NCBI RefSeq assembly: GCF_001194135.2
Contig: NC_068997.1
Span: 1,788,951-1,852,950 of the forward strand
Source: Octopus bimaculoides
Lineage: Eukaryota
Length of the DNA: 64,000 nucleotides
Direction of reading: 5' to 3'
Part shown: positions 53,369 to 64,000 of the stretch, one piece after another
Position numbering within the stretch: position 1 is the first letter of the stretch
How the letters are laid out: every line of letters begins with the position of its first letter
The notes under the pieces: model-generated
Database searches by the model: none
Seen by the model: only the letters and a program-made list of their open reading frames with translations
What the model was told of the DNA's origin: nothing
Position numbers and translations under genes: made by a program

Positions 53369-53672
53369 ATCGTTTACTTGTTTCAGTCATTAGACCGCGG
53401 CCATGCTGGGATCTCACCGGTAAATTACAAGAACGTAACCACACTAACACCGGTTCTGAAGCCTAGCGGGGTGCAAACACAGGTACAAAGACACACACAC
53501 ACACACACCATATATATATATTCGACGGGTTTCTTTCCGTCTATTAAATCCATTCACAAAGCTTTGGTCGGTCCGAGGTTACAGTAGAAGACCCTTGCCC
53601 AAAGTGCCACACAATGCGACTGAACCCAGAGCTATGTGGTTGGGAAGCAAACTTCTTACCACATGGGTACGC
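53369..53672 (-). mobile_element. SINE family A, composite copy
   Basis: Same two-part structure as 16931-17334. Confidence 0.85.
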
Positions 53673-54409
53673 TTGCGCCTGATTCGTCTAATCTTCGTAA
53701 AGGGTTTATAGCATTATATATTTCACTTTGGAGGGTTTCATTGTTTTTGTCTTTTCCTCAGCAAGGTCTCTGTTTATTTTACTCTGTTCTTGACTATTGT
53801 TATCAAAGTACTGAAAGTGATGGTGCGTTGCACAAGTGCGAGTTTTTGCATTCTTAGTTCGTATCCCAAACTTATAGATTTTTCGCGACACTGAACGATG
53901 CAAGTCAACATTAGACCGAGGTTAGGTTTTGAACTCTCAATGTTGAGCAATGAAACTATTTTAGCGTGGTTTCATGTTAACGGTACAAAGAATTCTAAAA
54001 GTCACACAACGTCAATGATTGTTGGTGAAGAGACACCATTGATGAAATATATACCAGTAATTCATTGGAATTTATTTTCTTGACCAATTAATAGAAGATC
54101 GCAGCGTGAGTTGAACTAGAAATACTGCAAAAATATTTTATGCGACACATTCCCCGTCTTGTCACATTTTCTGATCACCAGCTGTACCACCGATTTAGAG
54201 GCATGAGCTACAAAAACATTCACTAGAGTGGTCGGAGGAGCCAGGGTTTTCTACGGTAGACATTCGTTAATTACTTTGCATGTGATATTACTCGTTATAA
54301 ACCAAGGCTACATTGGTATATAATATTGCACAAGTAAATGAGTGCAGTACCATTTATTCCTTTCCCAAACAGAAACGTAAATATAACGATTTCTTACAGA
54401 CACAGAAGT

Positions 54410-54570
54410 TAGTCAAATAGACGCCAGTACTCAACGGGGCCTTTGTTTTATTGAGCTCCGGGAACGAAAAGAAATGGATGCTGGCAGGATTTGAACTCAG
54501 AACATAAAAAGAATTTAGTAACTAAATACCACGAAACAAACACAACGATTCTGTCAATGCACCGCCTCTG
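54410..54570 (-). mobile_element. SINE family C copy, diverged
   Basis: ggcaggatttgaactcagaac matches the family in reverse. Confidence 0.65.
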
Positions 54571-56492
54571 TTGGGATTAACATCTAGTGGTAATGCTTAT
54601 CAGTATACCAGAGTGCTTAATTATCTTGGCCCCAAAGGAGTGAAGACTGTGTTATAAAAATTCCCCACACTACAGCAATACCAATACTAAGTTATTGATC
54701 ACTTTTGCAGGGGTTCGTAATGGCTCCTGATTCAAACAGCGAGTTTTGACCGTAACTCTTTCAGAATCGAACTAAGCCATCTCCATCGCAACATATTGTT
54801 TAATCTCAGACACGTCTTTATCAAACAGATTTATGAACAAAAGTTTTCTGGTCTTTTACCAGGTACGCTGTGTGTTAAACTTCCTTATCGAATGAGTACT
54901 TCTTTTTTCACGAAGTCTAGCGTTCAATTTGAGAGATGATTGCCGGCTATTTCAAACATGTGAAGCGACGAGGTAGATTCGAAAATCACTTATGTCTATT
55001 AGTTTGCTACCTGTACTGTCTCAGTCAATTCCACTACCTGTGGAATACGATCAGCGGTAGCATGTTAAAACATCAACAACCCAGAGTATACGTATCTAAG
55101 TGTAATTCACTACCGGAAAGAGGTCTGTGATTTTCGAACAAATAACAAGACAACACTGGCACATATCTAGGTCCCTATTTATTTCCAGTTAACCTTTATA
55201 TTTTGTATTAATTACAATACTTTAAATTCATGTTTAAATTTCATATAATTTATTTAAAGTAAAGTATCTTGGCAGTCACAAAGAATATATGTGGAACAGA
55301 CTGCCTGCAGGACACTGGTTGATCAAAGCTGACTCAAGCCCTATTATATTGACGAAGATTAAATATCTGGCTACCTACATGGAATACGTGTATGGCTCTA
55401 TTTAGGATGACCTGGAAATACACATACCAACCGAACAGAATTAAAAGTGAGAATCTGGAGCAATTTTGAATATTTCATTTATAACAGCAAAAAACTAACA
55501 TTCATTCTATGTCTTTGGAGCGTAACATGAGGTGACCCCCAACAGAAAATAATGTTATTCATTAAAAACAAGTTAGCCCTCACTGAACATATTGCAGACT
55601 AACCCCAGGTCAGTCCTAACTGAACATATTGTTAATCCCTAAATAACCCTGATCGAGCATAATGTTGTGTAAATCCAAGTGAGATTTGTTACAGCTCCTA
55701 AATTGTGTCAGAAGTATACTAATTCTCTCATAGATAAGATAGAAGAGAGCTCAAGTGGATTATATGACTCTTAATGATTTTATCCCCCCCCCCCAAATAA
55801 GATGGAACGCAGCGCCAACAAAGACAAGATATCAACTCAGAAGGTACAGAAATGTCATTAAATGACGCCAAGCATTTCATCGGTTGTTTTACCAGTTTTC
55901 TTATGCAAATCCTTAAACAAAAGTGCTGGTTTCTATTACTGACACAACATCACCATTATATTATTTTGCAATCTATAAAATGTCCTCTAGTTATTAGCAG
56001 TAGTTATATTTTAGATAGACACAAACGAAAATTAAAGAAAGTTAACCACTATGAGGTTTGAAATAATACAAGCAAGCACGTCACACTATATACCACAACA
56101 TACTTTGATCCTTCTATCTACTATTCTCAACTCAGCAATAATAATAATAATAAATATATTAAAGTATATCTTTTATTGTGGGATTCGAATCTATTTTGCA
56201 GATTTAAAGAACGTACAAGGAAACGGTAGTATCAGAGTGCCAAAACTAGTAATGTAACAAATAACATACCACACTAGATCAATGAGAGCAACAGGTGAAA
56301 AAAAACTACTAACTTCAACAGAAGCTGATATCTCTACAGACAGGTAACTGTTTACCTGGCTCACTCGCTGTTCTCTCTCTCTCTCTCTCTCCTTAAATCA
56401 ACATCGTTTCGTAGCGATCGTTAAACGTACAAACATCAAACACTTGTCGTTCAAACGTTATTCTATATACGTATAGGATGAATGTGTGTGTG

Positions 56493-56560
<68 letters not shown>

Positions 56561-56846
56561 CAGAGAGATACCTATATATGTGTATGTATGTGTGTGTGTT
56601 TATAAATGTATTTATATATACATTTATACATATATAATTACATGTAAATATTATGCCTATATATNNNNNNNNNNNNNNNNNNNNNNNNNNNNNNNNNNNN
56701 NNNNNNNNNNNNNNNNNNNNNNNNNNNNNNNNNNNNNNNNNNNNNNNNNNNNNNNNNNNNNNNNNNNNNNNNNNNNNNNNNNNNNNNNNNNNNNNNNNNN
56801 TATATATGTATATATATACATATATGATATGTGTGTGTATATATAC

Positions 56847-56877
<31 letters not shown>

Positions 56878-58625
56878 CACACATACATACATACATATGT
56901 ACATATATATACAGGGAAATTTTATACCTGAATATTTATTGGTGTATTGGTGTAATTATATAAATATGATATACATAATTAATAGAAGCTCGCTTATACA
57001 TGTGTGTGTGTGTGTGTGTGTGTATGTGTGTGTGTAAATTGTTACGTCTTTATTTGAAATATATGCATGTATTACTCAGCTTCCCATGTTTGTGTGTATA
57101 TTGTCAATGTATGCATTTAAACGAATATACAATGAGTGTGTGTGCGTGTGTGTAGCGCGTGCCCGTGTGTGTGCGTGTATGTGAACGTATCCGTATAGAG
57201 TGTCAACGCGTAAAATGGGAAATTATGCGACAAACTGGATCGTCATACGTGTCCGTTAAGAGGCGCTATGCGGTGTTTTTGTCGTTACACCTGTGATATC
57301 AACAGGTGAGTGTGTTTGGCTGATGAAGTTTATCATCACATTACTGATACTATCGCTGTCTCTACACTTTCACACCGTATTAATTCTCGGATGGTGACGG
57401 AATATTTTCTGTCGTCAGCTAGGAAGAGTTGTGCAATTATAAGTAGGATAAAAGACAATATTTTTTTTAGAAGGATTTGAAGTGAATGAAGATTACTATG
57501 TATTTCATAATATTAAAACACTCCCTATTGCGTCTCACACAAACGGACATTTTTGTTTTTTTATCTAAGTGCGACATTAATTTTTCTCAAGTATTTAAAT
57601 GAGGGCAATGAAATTGCATTACTGGTACACATTTAATGCCCCTCGGTGAAATTAAGTGATGAAGTTGTGATGAAGTTGTGATGTAGTTGAACCCCAAGCG
57701 AACCTAAACGCCTCTGTTGAGCCCGTCTTTGTTTGTAATCATTTTTAATATAAATGAACGATTGCAAACCGTCAAAGTGTCGGTTTTTCGGGTCCTTATT
57801 AACATCGAGTAATGTTTATATGTTTCTCAAAATATGTAAATGAAATGGAATGAAAAAAAAAAAAGGTTTCAAAAAAGAATCGATCCCGAATCAAGGACCA
57901 ATGTCCTCAGATACTTTCCTTTCCTTTACATTGATCGTCAAATAACAATGTCAACAATGACTTCTTACATGACGTCACAAATTTTTACAGCTGACAAGGA
58001 AATAGGGAATTGTAAAGTAATTTCAATTCCGATCCGATTGGAAAACGAAACCTTTGTGTGGGAGCGGCTTGCTGGGAGATAAAGTTTTTTTCCCTCTTAA
58101 ATACTTATATACAGAAGATTCCAGCGACCGATCAGCGTTGATGTCATTTTAGGGATTATTAAATTATGTAAAGTGAAACGGTGACAAATCTGGGCTGGAG
58201 ATTTAGGTCATTGTAATTTCACTAATTCTTCACAAAGGTAATGGGTATATATAAAATACACTAGAGTTCATGTCTTCATTCGCGTTATCTACGTGGATGA
58301 AGTAGGGTAACATTGTCGGGGAGTGTAATTTGAAAGAAAATCAGCTTCCAAGAAAATCCTTGTTTTCTTCCGATTTTAAGAGATTTCTATGGAGAGAGTT
58401 TCACACGTTTTCAATTAGAATTCAATTGATGACATCAACCCCAGTTCTAGAACTTTACTTTATTTTGTCTTCCATGGAAAATAGGAAAGCGAGCTTTGAA
58501 CTCAGATCCTTAGCTAAATACACTCAATACATTTTATACGGTGCTCTACTGATTCTGTCATAATAAACGATTCTAATGTAGGCATTGTTAGAAATGAAAA
58601 GGAGAAACAATTCATAATACATACA

Positions 58626-58662
<37 letters not shown>

Positions 58663-58687
58663 GTCTGTCAGTCTGTCTGTCTGTCTG

Positions 58688-58784
<97 letters not shown>

Positions 58785-59399
58785 GTATATATTGAAAGTT
58801 TAAAAAGGTATATAGATCATGTCATAAATCACACAGGTCATAATTAACACGATCCTGTTGCTGAATACTGGGTCTTTTAAGGTAGAGTGAGTCACAAAAC
58901 TAGAGATTAGATATTGCTTATGCCCCTGAAAATATACTCTTATTGCAAGGGATTTTCATGGGATGGGGTGGGAGGTACACTATCGTTTAACTGTTTATTA
59001 TTATTGTTATTTTGTTTTTTTTTCACCTCAAGTGAAATTGCAAGTGAAGTGTAAACCACCGAATGGTTATTTCACTAAAAACAAATTGTAATAAATTTCT
59101 TTCCTTCTTTTAATAAGGTTTGGGTTAGGGTTTGGGAGTTGGATTTTGGTGCAACTGTTTCTTGTATGTTTGCTGCCGATCTGTAATATCGAAACCGAGA
59201 CTACCAGATATCACCTCGGTGTGTGTATATATGTATACAGACGACACCCCTACACATATACACGTATATACATACGTATATACATGCATATTATATATAT
59301 ACACGTACAAACATACATACGTATATACATATATGTAATATATATACACGTACATACATACATACACACATACACACACACGCATACACACACACACAC

Positions 59400-59444
<45 letters not shown>

Positions 59445-59534
59445 AAGACAAAAATGCTTGGCACGCATCTTTAAATCACCTACATTTCTCTCTCACTTTC
59501 TCTGTAACTTACAAAGCACAATATTCGAACTTAC

Positions 59535-59608
59535 CTGAGTTTCTTTAATTACAATCCAAACAACTGTTTCACTTCTCACGTAATAAAGTAATTGTTTCAC
59601 TTCGATAT
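59535..59608 (-). CDS. Candidate 74-nt host exon (IEVKQLLYYVRSETVVWIVIKETQ)
   Basis: Acceptor gatttgcag| and strong donor CAG|GTAAGT; one open frame (phase 1 to phase 0). Confidence 0.25.
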
Positions 59609-60041
59609 CTGCAAATCATCGTTTGCATAAGCGATGTATATGTGTATATTTTATATGTATAGAAAAATATTCTTTTATGTGAATGTGAGTATATCTATGT
59701 ATACATCTACGTATGAGCATATGTATATAGGTGCGTCACAGTACAGGTGTGTCCAGGTGTGTATATAAGATATGATATTTTTGATTCTATGCAACCATAT
59801 AAGTTCGTTTGAGTGTATAATATATAATTATACTGAAGGTGGTCTGTTAGTTAAACATTAATTAAAATTCAAAATAATTACTCTAATTATTTGTTTTCTT
59901 TCTGCGTAAACTCACCAGTTTTGTAATTATAATCTCACCTGTCAACCTGGCGGTATTCGATTAAAAGAAATTTTAATTATGATTAAGAATAATGTCTTAT
60001 ATTGCTATGGCCTCTGTCCTATATTATCATTCTTCTTCTTC

Positions 60042-60049
60042 TTATTATT

Positions 60050-60102
<53 letters not shown>

Positions 60103-60135
60103 CGTTGTTGTTGCTATTGTTGTTGTTGTTATTAT
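60042..60135. repeat. (TTG)n/(TTA)n microsatellite
   Basis: Read directly. Confidence 0.95.
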
Positions 60136-61155
60136 TTACTGTTGTTAATTTCACGTTCTTATTCTACCCTACTCCTCGCTATTCACTTATATTTCGCCTT
60201 TGCACTGTTTTAACTTTTATTAGCCACAAGGGACAAGAAAGTTTATTTCAAAATTAATTAGTAGTAGTAGCAATAATTTTGGATGGTGTTGGTATTAGTA
60301 ATGATAATACTCATCGTAGTGGGTATTGTTATTTAGCCCTAGGTAAGCCCTGTGAACTATGATCAAAGCTGTTTAGGAAACAGCTACCCACGCCTTGGGA
60401 TTATTCGGTGCGCTGCGTCCTCCTATATATGAAGGGATTTTGCTGCTATTTCTTGCAGGTCAAGACACCACACCGAGGCTCTCTTGTTGACTATTCAGTG
60501 TTTAATGCTGGAGGAAATATTTATCATGATTAGTAGTAGTAACGCTGACGTCTTGTAAGTTAAGATAAAAGTAAATCTGAAGTACATAAACACACAAATA
60601 TATGTGTGTGTGTGTGTGTGTGCGTGTGTGTGTGTGTGAAAGAGTGAGATGTGTTTCTGGATCAGTGATGGACCCCTCTTTCATAGAACCACCACATACT
60701 ATATTAATCTAGCCTTGTGTATCTAGGCTAATATTAACCAATATCGCCCTAGACATCAGTGTATTTCTGTTTCTCTGTTATCTTTCTTTTATACAAAGCA
60801 TAAATCCATAATCCCTCGCTTCCTTGTCCCCTCCCCCTCTAGTTTATTATTTCCCCCTATATTAAATATCAATATAGCTAGAGTTGTATTTTATGAATGT
60901 GTGTGTGTATGTGTGTGTGTCTGTGTGCGTGTGTGTGTGTGTGTGTGTGCACACGGCTTAATTTTCCCTTTAAGCGTGGTTTTAGTTTCCCCCCCTTTTT
61001 TAAAGTTGTTGTTTATGTTATTGCTGGAAAAGTTGTTATTGGTGTTGTTAATGTTGTTTTTGATTCCCTATAATGTTGTTGTTTATGAAAATATAGTCCA
61101 TTTCCGAATATAAATTCCAGATTCTCCTTCCAGTTTATCCAGGTCTAACTCATAA

Positions 61156-61269
61156 GGTATATCACAGGTGTATCACAGGTGTATCACAGGTGTATCACAG
61201 GTGTATCACNNNNNNNNNNGGTGTATCACAGGTGTATCACAGGTGTATCACAGGTGTATCACAGGTGTA
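61156..61269. repeat. 11-bp minisatellite (TCACAGGTGTA)n
   Basis: About 9 visible units around a 10-N gap. Confidence 0.95.
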
Positions 61270-61739
61270 ATAGCAAAATCACGGAAGATTGATATAAGAT
61301 AGAAATGAATGCGATATTAGTATATCAAGGTAAATGTTTAAGTAGAATCATATGCTGGAGTGCCAGAATTTGATTTCTTTCCATTCTAACACAGGTGTAA
61401 CACAGGTGTGTTAGTAAAACATTACAGGAAAGGACCGTTGGGTGGGGGAGAATTGGTAAAAACTTTTGTTTTTAAATAATACAAAATAGAATAAGGACCT
61501 GTTGTAGAATAAGGTAGGTATGTCTGCAACTACACAGGTTTTCTGCCTGTCCACTGAACTGAAAGTCTTTTCTCAGGTGAAATAGCAATACTAGAGGGAG
61601 GATGAGGGGTGTTACAAAGAAAGAGGAGAAAGAAAACAGGTAAGGTATAGGCTTGCGTTTGTATTCTTCAGCCAGGTAAATGTATCTGCGACTGCGCCAG
61701 GTTTTATTGTTGTTTTCTCTCTCTCTTTCTCTCCCTCTC

Positions 61740-61790
<51 letters not shown>

Positions 61791-63203
61791 TTCTTGCTCT
61801 CTATCTATCTCCACCTGTAAGCTTTTGACTGGATCGCTTCTTCCTGCAAAACAGTAAACGTTTGTGCGCGTGTGCGCGTGCGTTCGTGCGCGTGTGTGCG
61901 AGTGTGTGTGTGTGTCTGTGCGTGGGTGTGTGTGTACGTGTGTGTGTATGTGTGTCGATGTGTATTAGTGTGCGTAAAACGCACGGTTACTAGTGGGCAT
62001 GCATCACTCCACCAGGCAAGCTGCTACTAGCCGTGTGACATCTTACTTCTCTGTGGAACCACTGAGACGTGTTATGCACCAGAGAGAGAGAGAGAGAGAG
62101 ACTGACAGACAGAGACAGAGAGAGAGACAGAGTGTGTGTGTGTGTCTATATGTATATATGCTTCTATATATATATATATATATACATCTATGAAGTGAAA
62201 CTACGAGAGAGAAGCTGTGTGTACCAATGCCTATGTGCGTGCATCTGTGTGCGGTAGGAAATATGTTTCTTACGGTGTAGAAACTACATTTGGTTCTGGA
62301 CTAAATGCTATGCTCTGTCGCATGCAACACGTGTCTTGCAGTATCGGTGCAAAAGGTAGGGCGCGCATCTGTGAGTGCGTCATACGTTTGCGTGTGCGCG
62401 TTCTGTCCTCTGTTTCGTCGCATTTTGAGTTTTCATTATAAATGTAGCTACGTATATAAGCATGTACGTTTTTCCGCTGTTTGATTCTACACACACACAT
62501 ATGCGCGCGTGCACACACATACACACACATATATATACATGAGTATGTGTGTGTGTGTGTGTGTGTGTGCTTCTGTCTGTGTGTCTGTCTGTGTATATGC
62601 ATGTGCGCATATATATACATATACATACATACATGTATACACTACAAGCGCATACACATATGTGGGTTTTTTATTCCAAGTTATATATAAAAAATAATTG
62701 GATATTAAACTAGAAGGATAACTCAATATCTTCTAGTGAACTACGTGTTTATTAAACTTTTACAAAGAAAAGATTGACAGGGAATTCGAAGTTTCGGCTT
62801 ATTTGCCTTTGTCACACACCGCATATATACATATATATATATATATATNNNNNNNNNNNNNNNNNNNNNNNNNNNNNNNNNNNNNNNNNNNNNNNNNNNN
62901 NNNNNNNNNNNNNNNNNNNNNNNNNNNNNNNNNNNNNNNNNNNNNNNNNNNNNNNNNNNNNNNNNNNNNNNNNNNNNNNNNNNNNNNNNNNNNNNNNNNN
63001 NNNNNNNNNNNNNNNNNNNNNNNNNNNNNNNNNNNNNNNNNNNNNNNNNNNNNNNNNNNNNNNNNNNNNNNNNNNNNNNNNNNNNNNNNNNNNNNNNNNN
63101 NNNNNNNNNNNNNNNNNNNNNNNNNNNNNNNNNNNNNNNNNNNNNNNNNNNNNNNNNNNNNNNNNNNNNNNNNNNNNNNNNNNNNNNNNNNNNNNNNNNN
63201 NNN

Positions 63204-63242
<39 letters not shown>

Positions 63243-63243
<1 letters not shown>

Positions 63244-64000
63244 GGGATTGGACAAAATAATGGAAACAGCTAGTATCATAGCATCACTATTTTAAAATAT
63301 TTGTAAAACCGTCTAAAGTTTGTTTATTTTATGTTTTTTATATATTATTAGTGTTGCTTAATACGTTTTGCTAAAATTGCTGTTTCTTTTCAGATATAAT
63401 CAGAAAAAGGTAAGTGAGTACTTGTACGGCAGGCGCTAGCGTAACGGAAACAGCCAAAATGTTTGGTGTATCAAGAAGTACATTCTCTAAAGTAATGACA
63501 GCCTTTGAGAAAGAGGGAAAAAACTCCTCCTTGAAACAAAACTCCGGAAGAAAGCCAAAACTTTCAGACAGGAACCGTTGGTCACTTACACGAATTGATA
63601 AAAAGGATCACAAAAGTAAAGCTCCCAAAATTATTGCAGAACTTAATGACTACCTCGAGAACCCAGTTTCCACAAAAACTGTTCGCCGGTAGCTGCACAA
63701 ATCCGGATTTCACGGGAGGACTGCAATCAGAAAACCACTACTTTCTATAAAACAAACGTTGCAAAGCGTTTAGAGTGGAAAAACCTACAGAATTGGTTGT
63801 TAGAGCAGTGGAAGAATGTTATTTTCTCGGACAAATCATCCTTTACCTTATTTCCGATCACCGGCCTAATATACGTGTGGAGACAGCCAAAAGAAGCATT
63901 TGACCCAGACAGCCTTCTTCCAACTGTTAAACACGGAAGAGGAATTGTGATGATCGGGGTGGGGGCTGTATCTTGAAAATCCGCCGGCCCAATGCTTTCC
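63243..64000 (+). mobile_element. Tc1-type DNA transposon, 5' part, with disrupted transposase
   Basis: TA|CGGGATTGGACAAAATAATGGAAAC TIR; GASVTETAKMFGVSRST, SGRKPKL, VSTKTVRR, RKPLL, WKNVIFSD, PTVKHG.G.VM; in-frame stop and frameshift. Confidence 0.92.

Noticed and set aside
61156-61269. CRISPR-like array
   Set aside because: Contiguous 11-bp units with no spacers, in eukaryotic DNA.

Overview
Eukaryotic, AT-rich, repeat-dense window with many N gaps flanked by (TA)n. The SINE, LINE and microsatellite make-up suggests an Octopus-type (coleoid cephalopod) draft assembly; this is inference. I could not identify an intact protein-coding gene. Nearly all long ORFs in the track come from microsatellites or gaps. 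Recognisable content: three tRNA-like SINE families, a stack of R4/Dong-type RLE LINE 3' ends in (TAA)n, a Penelope-like RT remnant, an internally deleted Helitron with both termini, mariner and Tc1 remnants, a ~280-bp foldback, several minisatellites and a few candidate host exons, including a textbook 20-nt microexon. The most notable signal is a set of hammerhead ribozyme (HHR) motifs. A ~310-340-bp tandem repeat at 38.6-39.3 kb carries one full type I HHR per unit, with stem covariation, which is retrozyme/circRNA-like architecture. At least six further minimal Penelope-type HHR motifs are present, three of them from a family with a non-canonical core (CUGUUGA/CUAUCGA).
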